From Nemertoderma westbladi (lineage: Eukaryota; Animalia; Xenacoelomorpha): DNA of 56,171 bases. This document shows, in pieces, positions 38,397 to 49,605 of the stretch. The position numbers were made by a program, and so were the translations under genes. The DNA lies in the NCBI GenBank assembly GCA_032718475.1, contig JAUCBJ010005223.1, positions 1 through 56,171 of the forward strand. Reading direction: 5' to 3'. How positions within the stretch are numbered: position 1 is the first letter of the stretch; every line of letters begins with the position of its first letter. The notes under the pieces are model-generated. The model had not been told where the DNA came from. It ran no database searches and saw only the letters and a program-made list of their open reading frames with translations.

Positions 38397-39625
38397 ATGT
38401 TCCTCATATTGGTAATCGTGAGCAGGGTGCACATTTTCTCAAAGGTAATTTGCCTAAAGTTAAATTTAGTTGTAAAGATCTGTGTTTCTATGCGTAGCAA
38501 TTTGAAATTTAACAAATACTGTATTAAATATTATTCTACTTGAACGGGTGCAGCATTAGTTTATGGCCATGTATATTTTTTAAATGTGCAAACTTTTCAA
38601 CATTAGACATAATTATTTGAATTATATCAAATAATTATTCAGAGTAGTTGTACCATTTCCTTTCCATCATAGTCATACCTTATTTTTTTAGTCAAATATT
38701 TCATCTCCTTCATTTTTTATTTCCATTCTTTCTCATATTATCTTTATTTTAATTGGTTGACCTTTTATATTCCAGATTTGAGTTTTTATTTAATTTTTAG
38801 CTTTAATTTATATGTACCATACCTTGTTCAATTATATCTAACTATAATTGGCCTGCTGCATTGCAATTGCATAAGAGGAATAAGCCTGCTTAACAAAATA
38901 ATTGTGCCACCACCATACAATCCACAATTGGCTTTTGTCCCTCTGGAATCAAAATATGATATATTTTAGCCTGTATTAAGAAAGTGGTGGTTTATGTTAG
39001 TTGTTGTGTTTTTGTTTCGTTTTTGGTCCCACTGGCATTGAAATATTATATGTTAGGCAGTTTATTATGGTAGTTATTTAAGCATTTTATATTTAGGCAG
39101 TTCGTCTTTTGGGGTTGGTTCATCTGGGTTGGTGTATTTTTGATATAAGCCTGTTTTAAAGGTTAGATTTATCCGGTTGTGATTTATATATTTTAGATTC
39201 TATTTCATGAAGGGCTTGTTTTGGTTTAAATATAATAATATTTTAAAATTGTGACATTTGTTTTCAACACATTACCTAAACATTGGTGATTCATTTGCTA
39301 TCTATATATTTCTCTAATAATGGTCTATTATATATATATATATATTATAGTTTTAAGGCCCTTCCTAACTAAAGAAAAGGTCGTTTTAATGTGTAATCAA
39401 TAATGGTAATTGTATAAGATTAAATTCGCATTTTTGATGTTGTAGGTATGTAAATGCATATGCAATTGTAATAAATAATTGTTTGAAAAAAAAATCTTAA
39501 ATAAAACTAATCACTAATCAAAAAACCTATCAAAAACTACAGAATGTTTCTATATTTAATCGTGTTAGTAATGTCATAATTGCATATTGTGTGACATAAG
39601 AGTTGGGGGGAGGTCAATGATTATA

Positions 39626-39888
39626 TGACAAAAATAAAGGCTACGATTTACTTCAACACCAAAAAAATCACCCTAGATTCCTAAAATAATATCGCAGATC
39701 GAGGAACTTCGAACGGAAAACGAGGAACTAAGGAAAGAAAATGACGAGCTATCACAATATACGAGATGCCTTCACATATTACATACTATACATACTCTGA
39801 AAATATCGTTTAATAACGTAGATGTTATTACCGCCTAGGAGTTAAAAAAACCTGCAATAAGAAATGGGGTCGCCATTGAAATGGCGAT
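39626..39888 (+). pseudogene. N-terminal part of a LINE ORF1 (coiled-coil), probable partner of 43427-44234
   Basis: SQIEELRTENEELRKENDELSQYTR at ~39692-39766 matches the coiled-coil/DxLxQYxR junction seen in the 885-1760 ORF1. Confidence 0.55.
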
Positions 39889-40012
39889 TTATATATATAT
39901 ATATAAAACCCTTAATTTGATTACAAATTTATTATATGTTTTAGAACCAGATAGCAAAGTATGAATCATGCTTATCGACCGGTAAGGGTAACAGAAATAG
40001 TCGGGGTGTAAG

Positions 40013-42428
40013 CATGGCCTACTTTATAAGAGGCCATGACAACGCACGGGCAAATAGCTGACTTGGAGGCCACTTTGTTTATGGGTGTAAGTCGGAATAT
40101 ATGGTAGATACAAACTTCTAACCTTTACCTACCCCCACTAAGTCGATGCTGAGGATCTCAAATATCATATTTAAAATTGTTTATCTCGAGACCCTGTTGC
40201 TATGGCAACATCTAACTTCTAAACGGCTGCAGATACAAACTTCTAACCTTTACCTACCCCCACTAAGTCGATGCTGAGGATCTCAAATATCATATTTAAA
40301 ATTGTTTATCTCGAGGCCCTGTTGCTATGGCAACATCTAATCAGTGGATACCGGTTGATCAGTATCCGGTTGAACTTCCATTAAAAAAATGAAAATAATA
40401 CTTAAATCAAATATATAAGTTGCGTATAAGTTACAGTAAAAGTAAATCAAATAAGTAGAAAAATAAGAACTATAGTGACAACTTTAGTTTATTAGTAGAA
40501 GATTCCTTCGAAGACAATGGTGTAAGGAGTTTCGTTTGATTGTTTAAAAAAATATTAGTTAGCTTCATTAGACACACTTGTGGAATCTCACCATCAAAAT
40601 ATTGACTTGACACAAAGCTAAAGTAGCTGCAAAGACTTCTCCGGCAAACTGAAAGCACACTGATGTTAAGAAAAAAAATAAAACAATAAAAGGTAAACTG
40701 CACTAGTATATCTGATGGTGTAGTAAGGCGACCTCGGTCTAGCTCTTTCAAATAGGTGCTGTACTCTGTATAGACAACTGTAGAAGGGTCTATGTTAGTA
40801 TTCTCCGGTAAAGATCGCTGAAGATAACCGGCAATAAAGTACAACGCTTGTTTAGTGTCAACATTTATCTCATCTTCACACATAGGTAGTGTCTCGACGA
40901 GATCTACAATAAATTCAGTCAATATGACATTACATTTAGAGCATTTATGTGAGTCGTAATCGATCTGCGTTGTTGACTGCTCTGTTGTAAATGTCTGATA
41001 GCGAGTTTTACCATTTACACACCTCATTTTCTCAACATTAGAAGCTATATCGAGCAGTATATCCAACTGTTTATCACCAGGATCTGATATGGGACTCCGC
41101 CATTCATCATTTAAATGTATAGCCTCATTCTTGGACTTCACATTTAATATCTTGAATGCCTTCACAAAAACTTCTATGAAATCTGCCGTGTCTTTGTCAG
41201 TTTTGTTTGATTTCGTATGAGTACCGTACGTAAAGCTGTTACAGTTTCGTCACAAAATACTCGAAGCATTAAATAAACGTCTTGTCTCTCAATAGGTTTC
41301 GGGTATACAGCTTTGTGAATAAGTCGATGACCAATTTTAACAACATTGGACTTCTCAGACTCGTATAAACTTCTAATACTCGACCAATTGGCTATCTTGC
41401 CATCGAGGTTTATTGCCTGGTTCTTTTCAGTGATCCAATTATTGCGAATTGATTTCATCAAGTGAACAAAATCAAACAAAAGAAATGTTCCCTGAGTGGT
41501 TAACCAAGGCTTTAGATACATCGCGCAGTTTTGGCTGAGATATGGGACAGCAACTTGGAGAAATCTGAGGCCATATCGAGGGGGGTTCGACAGGAATTAA
41601 TTTCTGTGAGCGAAAAGCCCTACGTTGGGAAAACCCCTCCGGCCAATGCAGTTCACACACAACTGTGTGCTTGGAGACAATTAAATTTTGGCGAACTTTC
41701 AATAGAACGCTCATTCATTGAGAATGATACGGCTCGTCACTAGGAACTCGATAAACGGTTACCGGTGATTCATTTGCATAGTTGGAGCGACAAAGTGGAA
41801 TGCAGCACTTTCTAGGCATCGCATGCAATGCAACTAGAAAACCGCATGTAAATACTGAATGCAGGTAAGTAAGGACTCCGAGGCGATGATTACTGCTTCA
41901 ACTGTTCAATCTGTCGGTCACGGTCAGATCTCAGACGGTAATTACCGAATTAATAGGCTAGGCCTACCACATCAACTGTCAAACATAATAAAACGAGGTA
42001 CCGGTATCACAAACAACAATAGGCCCTATGTATTAAGCAAGGAGTATTAAGCCATAAGTGGTCACAGGCACCGATAAAGGATAAGTACTATGTGCTATAC
42101 ATTTGGAAGAAAACAGAATACAGAAGTACACATGAAGTAGGCCGCCCCACTAGAAACTAGGCATATACAGATATAGGCTACATGCTATACAGACAGACAA
42201 ATACCGGTCAACCGGTATCCACTGATTAGATGTTGCCATAGCAACAGGGTCTCGAGATAAACAATTTTAAATATGATATTTGAGATCCTCAGCATCGACT
42301 TAGTGGGGGTAGGTAAAGGTTAGAAGTTTGTATCTACCATATATTCCGACTTACACCCATAAACAAAGTGGCCTCCAAGTCAGCTATTTGCCCGTGCGTT
42401 GTCATGGCCTCTTATAAAGTAGGCCATG
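40013..42428 (-). mobile_element. P-superfamily (Galileo-like, long-TIR) DNA transposon, internally deleted
   Basis: CATG...CATG termini; GGTGTAAG TSD at 40005-40012 and 42429-42436; right TIR 42208-42428 (221 bp) matches left TIR 40013-40358, which carries 125 extra bp from an internal duplication. Confidence 0.93.
40470..41819 (-). pseudogene. THAP-domain P-element-type transposase pseudogene
   Basis: MPRKCCIPLC..W>stop..VVCELHW..PSIW (C2CH THAP); FDFVHLMKSIRNNWITEK; PKPIERQDV..RVFCDETV; YFIAGYL..LDRGRLTTPS; abrupt junctions near 41522 and ~40980 imply deletions of catalytic segments. Confidence 0.88.
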
Positions 42429-42656
42429 GGTGTAAGTGGAAACTCTGGGGTTTAACAGTAGGTCTACGGGGGGGGGGGGGGGGGGGTGGTAACAGGAAAA
42501 ACGTGTGTGTGCATGCGAGTAATTGCGCAACCGAAATGGCAAAAAGCCGGTATTGATAAAAGTGAGTGATACAAATGCTAATAATAGATATGATTGACGT
42601 CACCGTATAATACACCACACCGGTATTATAATATCGATAATATCGATAAACTTAAC

Positions 42657-42843
42657 CTCTTTGCAACCAGTTCGATAGATCCCGAATATCTGCGGCGTAG
42701 TTCTCATATTCCGCACGCACATGGAAACTCTGGTACTTCCGTTTCGAATTTGGATCTCGGTCTATCCAAATATACCATTCCTTTGTTGTTGATGACAAAC
42801 TTCTCCTCGTCTCTTCCCCACAGACTGTAATTAATGTTGGCGT
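42657..42843 (-). pseudogene. Cadherin-repeat-like exon, apparently with a 1-nt frameshift
   Basis: After a tcccAG acceptor: xANINYSLWGRDEEKFVINNKGMVYLDRP..FE, then in the shifted frame RKYQSFHVRAEY; matches the cadherin pattern NAxIxYSLxG..FxI..GxIxL..E..YxFxVxA; weak donor GTTAAG at 42656. Confidence 0.6.
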
Positions 42844-43426
42844 CTGGGACGATAACTAACGTACTAACAAATAACATAACCCATGATTATTCTTCCAGCC
42901 ACATATCATGTCGTATATTCATGTCATATTTGATATTATATAACAATATTACATGGGATTATATAAATATACTATTATTATTATTGCAATTAATAATGGT
43001 ATTATTAGATATAACAGTCTTATGGAATAATATAATATATATATATATATGTTATATATTATAAGGTACCAGTATAACGAACCTACTTTTATACAACCTA
43101 TATTTTTTTTAAAACTTGAGCTAATAATTTTATATTCATTATTTGTTTATGCAGTTGTAATTTACTTTCTTTGCATTCGAATGTAAAATATTGTAGTCAA
43201 TTAGTTAAATAATTAATACTTACTTTATAGTACAACCGTGTAAGTCGTTTATTGTTGTTTCTTAGAAAGTGAAATAAGACCGTGATAATTATAATTAGAT
43301 GGCAAGTTATGCAGTCAATAGACATACAAATGTACAGATATTTACCGGTACAATTATACATAATATAATGATATATCATCTATACATATTTCATGGGGAT
43401 CATTCTTTAGTTTACCGTTTATTGGG

Positions 43427-44234
43427 GATCACAAGAGTCCATCTAATTACACCTCGACGCTGAAACGAAGCTAACGAATTGAACCATCGTGTCCAGCCGC
43501 GACCAGTGCTTATTCAATTTATAGGCCATGGACTGCATTAAACAACAAAGGAAAACTCAAGGATGTTTACATCACTGAACATCTGACACCATACCACGTG
43601 GGACTTCTCCGGGAAGCAAAGAATCTGAAGAAGAATAAGATTATCCATTCTGCTTTTAAGCGCAATGGAAATGTTATTATAAAGAAAACAGAATCGAGCA
43701 CCCTGACGATCATTACTTCACCGAAGTACTTTACCTTTGCAGGACATTGCTTTCGCCGTGAGGACCAGCCAGTGCATAATCTTGTACTTTGGCAGCCTCA
43801 TGGAGTGAATAAGCATGGTGGACAGCCCATGACTTTCTTGAGACGCATCTTAAAGGACACTGGCCTTAAAGATGCGGATGATCTAGCAAATGTCATGGGT
43901 GATAGAGAGTTGTGGCGGTGCAATTTTGTTGACAAGCCGGCACAGCATTCTTAAAAATGCAGCTGCAATGCAGCATGCCGATCCTAGTAGTAGTAGTAGT
44001 ACTTCACCGAAAGATATAACTGGGTTAAAATCCAACCAACCGATTCGTGGAAAGTCCCCACTAGGACAACAACGCGGGAACTGGAGTCAGGGAAGAAGCA
44101 GATCAAGACGATGGAGTTTACATACTCCTTCGTATATCGAGCATCCCAACAGTACCAATGAAAGTAACACGACTCCGCAAACCTCAAACCAATACGAAAC
44201 CCTAGGAAAACGAAAAACAAACAGGGCTGTCTGA
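43427..44234 (+). pseudogene. C-terminal part of a LINE ORF1 (RRM/CTD), interrupted by an RTE fragment
   Basis: ITRVHL..HRVQPRPVLIQFIGH..DVYITEHLTP..LLREAKNLKK..FKRNGNVIIKK; frame IITSPKDITG is restored by removing 43726-43999 and one TSD copy. Confidence 0.75.
43726..43999 (+). mobile_element. Short 5'-truncated RTE LINE copy with (TAG)n tail and 12-bp TSD
   Basis: 43735-43999 matches 48947-49210 with about a dozen substitutions; TACTTCACCGAA at 43714-43725 and 44000-44011. Confidence 0.95.
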
Positions 44235-44789
44235 TACCAGTACCAGAGCAGGTGTAGTGAAAGTACCCCAACAAAATTTATGTATTAAAATGTGTATAAA
44301 TAAAGAGATTTTAATAGATTAAATAAATAGAAAATAATCTTAAGATTAGGTGGAGAGGGTATACTATTTTATTCACTACCTCAATGGCTCACATATATTT
44401 ACCCATAATCCTCATAGTGATACAGTCTCGATGTAATATATATTAGCTTTAGTTAGTGCAGTAATTATAACGAAGAAAGTTTGATTTATATGAAGTGAAC
44501 ATTTATGACTATTTATGTGTCCTTTCGTTTATGCCAGCACTATTGAAGAAACAGCGTATGTCCTGTAACTTCTGTTTCACCCCAATAGGTACCAACGAAA
44601 TCAGAGTATTGTGCCCTATTTATAAATATCATTATCATGACCAGTGTGAACACATACTACAATTACTGAAATAAATAAACCTCAAAATTTAAACCATATA
44701 ATATACTGAATGCATAAACAGAATACCTTTTATTTTATTTTATTTTCTATTATTTTATTTTATTTTCAAAGGCTCAAATACTAAAAAAT

Positions 44790-45300
44790 AATATAAAAAT
44801 TCAGAATAAATTATTGAAATGTATAAATGAAACAAAATTTTTGGGAATATATATTGATGATAAATGAAATGTTAAAATTATAATATGTTATATTTCACTC
44901 TTATACACCCTTATATTTTATAGGGAATCGTCGTCCTATGTGTGAATTGATTGCAAAAAATATAGAAACCCAATCAGAATAAAAATAAATAATATAATAT
45001 TACGGGACATTCACCCATTTACAAGGTCATTCCAATTCCATATATAAATCACTGAACATCTTACCAATTGAAGGCTTATATAGATTAGAAATTGTAAAAT
45101 TAATGTGGTGCATTTATCAACATAAAAAACAAGCATTTATATCACATTTATTTGTCCAAACTTCACAAATACACTCATATAACATGTATATATAAATAAT
45201 AAACTGTGACACATATATTTGTAGTAAATTATCATCAAAATTATCACGTTTTCATCTTTATCAATACACTTTGTGATTACTGTTTAGATTTATCATTTTA
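44790..45300 (+). mobile_element. Very degenerate Crack/Daphne-like LINE ORF2 3' remnant
   Basis: ETKFLGIYIDDK at ~44828-44863 and YFTLIHPYIL*GIV..LQK..IRI further on. Confidence 0.5.
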
Positions 45301-45344
45301 TATGGTTTAAACTTTTAATATTTTACTTTATGGCGTAATTTACT

Positions 45345-45509
45345 TTAGGGCGCATCTCTGCCTTGCATCCTTAAGTGGTAGCTAAATGAGTACTACAGTT
45401 TCCTCTGGGGAGTAAAGTTCTGGGGGGACCGAACTGGAAATAAGTCGTCAGACTTTGTGCGTAATCCCTGGCCTAACGGCCGAAGAAAATTTACTTTACT
45501 TTACTTTTT
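45345..45509 (+). mobile_element. 5'-truncated SINE with Meta-like core and (TTTAC)n tail
   Basis: CTCTGCCTTGCATCCTTAAGTGGTAGCTAAATGAGTAC resembles the core at 15058-15105; ends in AATTTACTTTACTTTACTTT, with AATTTACTTTA also on the left flank. Confidence 0.55.
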
Positions 45510-46374
45510 ATATTTCCCGTTATTAGGAATTTGCAGTTATATGGTTTGACTGATGTATTACTAAATATTCATTTAAGGATAATAACAATAACAATAATTA
45601 TTATTGTTATTGTGTTCTGGTGTCGGTTATTATTGATCGGTTAAACAAGACTCCATTCCATGCAGGAGAAATTCCTATTTAAATATTTGGCAACCAAATT
45701 TGTGATAAGGTTCTAGTGTGAATTTCCGGTAATTATTGTCAATGCAGCATAGTGCCACCGCCACGCATATTAACAGGATATATGACATTCCATACACCTG
45801 CACTTCCACTAGCTGCCTAAACAAGGTACTGTGGTCATAGCTGGCCTTGACGTCAACTAATCAAAGTAATCAGATTTTTACACATGTCACTGTCAGGAAA
45901 TTAATCAAATATATGTTTATTATTAAGAAACTGCATCTTACATTCATGCACAATGAAATATATTTTTGTCGGCTGGCAGTAAAAAAGGTGTTAGTTTGTT
46001 TATTGAAAATATTCTATATAAATATTAACAAAGTAAATTCACTGATAATATATGTAGAATCAACTTATACATAATGAATTTTATAAGGCAATAAGAGAAG
46101 TCATTATATTTATTTAAAAGCTACAATTTTCTGTCCACAAAAGCGCGGACAATAGGACATTTGTTTAATTTATCGTTGTTTAATAATAGTATAATATATC
46201 ATATAGGCCATTACTTAAATATTCTCAAATTTTACAACAAATTTCAAAGTTAAATAGATGATTTTTAAGGAGGGGAGACAACCCCCACCCCCCCCCCCCC
46301 CCCCCCCCCCCCCCATCGCTAAAAATTTCAGAAACTTGTTTTTTATCGCATCTAGAGCAGAATTTAATGGGGTT

Positions 46375-46570
46375 TTCAAATCTGAAACCGGCTGAGAGAG
46401 ATATCTTTTTGTTCTCGAGTTATCGTGGAATATCAGACAACCGACAGACAGACATACTACATTCCACCAAATATTAAAACTGACATCGGCAATGAAGTCA
46501 GCGACCCCGAAAACCTTCCCAACTATAATTTTCCCACTGTCTGTGCGTTATTTAAATCAAATCAATTGGC
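46375..46570. repeat. Second copy of the (GACA)n-core dispersed repeat
   Basis: Colinear with ~3230-3460. Confidence 0.6.
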
Positions 46571-47289
46571 TGGTGAGTAAAATGTAGTTATGCACTAAAA
46601 CCAGTAAAAATACTTTAAGTAAAAATACTTAATGCATATTTGGTTTAGCATTGTTCGACCTTTTCGATCAAATCAATTGGATGGTGTGCGAACTGTGAAT
46701 ATGTGGTAGGAGGTGGAGTAATTAGTCCCTACCTCATCTGTACCGGTACATTATCTCTGGTAGGGTTAGGCCTATTATACTGTTAGCCTAAAGCAATGAA
46801 CTAATTTAGGCCAATATATTACTGAGGTGCCTGGCTGTTGGACTAGTGTATGGCTAAGTCCTATAAACAAACACAATAGGGATGGGCATGGGGTGCATTA
46901 ATAACTGCACACATGAGAGTCTCTAGAAAGAAAATGAAGGAATCATCAAATGATTATAAATGGATAAAGATCATACTATATATAAAACGATTGGCTAAAA
47001 GTAAGAAACAATCAGGTCTTTCAGAGTTAGTGGTACAGTCCTTTAAGCAATCGTCAGTCACAGTCATTGAGTGCGCTGTCAATAAAGAAGATAAATCATT
47101 AGATAGCGATGACAGGAAATTGAATGTGGTTGTATCAAGTACTATTATGGATACTTTATCTCCAAAGAATACAGTAATTGTCCTCAATAAAGTTCATATG
47201 GTCTGCCCAGGATCTGCCCATTTTAGAATGTAGAGATATGTTAGAATGTTACATTCAGAAATGCTCTAAAGCACAGAGAAAGTTCCCAC

Positions 47290-49210
47290 TCAAATGGACT
47301 ACAGCGGCCAAGAATGCAGTTAAGGCTGTATCTAGGTCCCTGAACAGGCAGTACTCTGATATCTACAGGAGCTTATCAACCAACAGGTTGATGCCATTAA
47401 TGATGCCGGCAGCAAGCAATCATCCCAGGCATGGAAATCGATCAACTTGCTTACTGGGCGGAAAAGACAACCAACCACCAAGGTTAAGGCTGAATCACCA
47501 GCCGATCGCCTCAATGGTTGGAAAGCCCACTTTGAAAAGCTCCTCAATAATGACAGGGTATTTATTGCCTGATATCTTTATAGAAGTAAAAGTGTCTGAG
47601 TCTGTACTCCCAGATATTCCCATTGGCGATATCTCCTTTGCAGAAGTGAAGGCTGCTGAAAAGAGCATTAAGACCAATCGTGCCAGTGGAGTAGATGGTG
47701 TTCCCCCTGAGATCTTTAAAATACCTGAGTGTTTAAAGCTCATCTATCCCATCATAGTAGACATGTACCGAACAACAAGAGTCCCACAAGAAATGAAAAC
47801 AAATAAGTTGGTGCCAGTTCCCAAGAAGGGCAACCTAACACTCTATGGTTCTTTTCGGGGAATCTCATTGATCTCGATTGCTGCAAAGCTATACAATAGG
47901 ATTCTATTAAATCGCATCAGTGATCCCATTGAGAGACTGCTCCGTGGAAATCAGAATGGGTTCCGTAAAGGTCGTGGGACCATGGAGCCCATTTTGGCAC
48001 TTAGAAGGATAATTGAAGAATTATCAAAAAATAAAGACAGGCATCTGGCTGTTATCTTTATTGACTTCTTCAAGGCCTTTGATTCAGTCTCTCGCTCACG
48101 TATGTTCAGCATACTTTCATTATATGGGATTCCTGATGAAATTATTGCAGCAATCAGATCAGTATACGATGGTTCGACAACATTTGAATCTACTGTTGAT
48201 GGTGACATAGAACCATTTGAAGTGTTATGGGGCGTCCTCCAAGGAGACACACTTGCACCATTCTTGTTCATTATTGTAGTTGACTATGTTCTACGCATGT
48301 CCTTAGATCATCATAATGATGATGGAGTGATGATAACACCACCTACTGGCTCCAGAAGTCGAGGAAATCCTGCCAAGTACCTAACTGATCTAGACTTTGC
48401 TGATGACTTAGGAGTACTCTCAGAATCATTAGAGGGAGCCCAACGGCTCCTCAGCTCATTAGAACATGCTGCTTCTAGTGTTGGTCTTTTTATTAACTCC
48501 AGAAAGTCCAAAATTTTGACAGTTAACTTTGAAAGTCCTCAGCAAGTCTCTGATCGGATGAGCATAAGCTCAAAGGATGGTATGCTTGAGCATGTGGCCG
48601 ACTTCTGTTACCTGGGATCATGGATCCAGAAGTCAGGTGAGGACCTTCGAATACGTAAGGGAAAGGCATGGGCAGCCTTGAATAGGCTTTCCAGGATTTG
48701 GAAGTCACTGAGAATTAATCGGAAACTTAAGGTCCGAGCAGCAGTAGTTCCAGTACTCCTCTACGGGAGTCCATGCTGGGCTCTAACTGCTGAGGACACC
48801 AAATCTCTGGATGGCACATTCACAAGAATGCTACGCCGGGTTCATTGTGTCAAGTACAATGCACACATCTCCAACCAGACACTATATAACATTGGAGGTG
48901 TCTCATTGGTTCCCCCAAGCTTGACACTAGAACAAAATCGCCTCCGCTTTGCCAGACATTGCTTTCGCCATGAGGACCAGCCAGTGCATAATCTTGTACT
49001 TTGGCTGCCTCTTGGAGTGATTACGCATGGTGGACAGCCCATGACTTTCTTGAGACGCATCTTAAAGGACACTGGCCTTGAAGATGCGGATGATCTAGCA
49101 AATGTCATGGGTGATAGGGAGTTGTGGCAGCGCAATTTTGTCGACAAGCCGGCACAGCATTCTTAAAAATGCAGCTGCAATGCACCATGCCGATCCTAGT
49201 AGTAGTAGTA
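47290..49210 (+). mobile_element. RTE-clade LINE, 5'-truncated (no endonuclease), RT frame open, (TAG)n tail
   Basis: ORF 47178-49166 has ASGVDGVPPE, FRGISL, QNGFR, FIDFFKAFDSV, GVLQGDTLAP, DFADDL, FCYLGS; upstream of ~47550 the homologous linker (QAWKSINLLTGRK..WKAHFEKLLN) is in another frame. Confidence 0.93.
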
Positions 49211-49532
49211 ATTGGATTTCCGCTTAAAATTCAAATGTTTGAATGTATATTACATAATATAGTCGTAACATTTCACTAAAAATAATCACTTTTTCTGTGT
49301 CATATTTAAATCATTGTATTTATACCCTCATTTATAAATTAATTTACTACATTTATTTTTGATACAGTTTATTCATCCATTGTATTATTTCCTGTATATA
49401 CCTTTAATACACTTGTAAACCGTGTGAACTGTAAACTGTAAAATATATATTGTTTCGGTTGTAATTTATTTAATTTATAATAATTTATTTATCTTCTGTT
49501 TTACTAACCTTCATAGCATAATCTTGTAGGAA

Positions 49533-49605
49533 GCAGCTTGATCTAGTTGTGACATTCTTGAGCTTCCACTCAGTAGGCCCTGGTTCGATTCCTAGATGGG
49601 CAGCA
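49533..49605 (+). pseudogene. tRNA-like sequence (Gly-TCC-like), pseudogene or SINE head
   Basis: Perfect B box GGTTCGATTCC at 49582-49592; anticodon-like stem TTGAG/CTCAG around a 6-nt CTTCCA loop; poor acceptor and D stems. Confidence 0.5.

Larger units (their letters stand above)
38085..38520 (+). mobile_element. Highly degenerate CR1-like RT fragment
   Basis: CKLFADNLK..QYALNALSIWCNT*QLSVSTNKCHVPHIGN once the 38243-38396 insert and one TSD copy are removed. Confidence 0.65.

Noticed and set aside
43598-43954. Novel ORF1-RT fusion protein
   Set aside because: Created by the TSD-flanked RTE insertion into a dead ORF1.
46913-47233. 106-aa ORF with DRKLNVVVS resembling a CR1 ORF1 motif
   Set aside because: Single short motif, not enough to call.
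47178-49166. Intact 662-aa retrotransposon protein
   Set aside because: No endonuclease, non-ATG start, and the first ~125 residues are out of frame with the homologous linker.
49533-49605. Functional tRNA-Gly gene
   Set aside because: 6-nt anticodon loop and broken acceptor and D stems.
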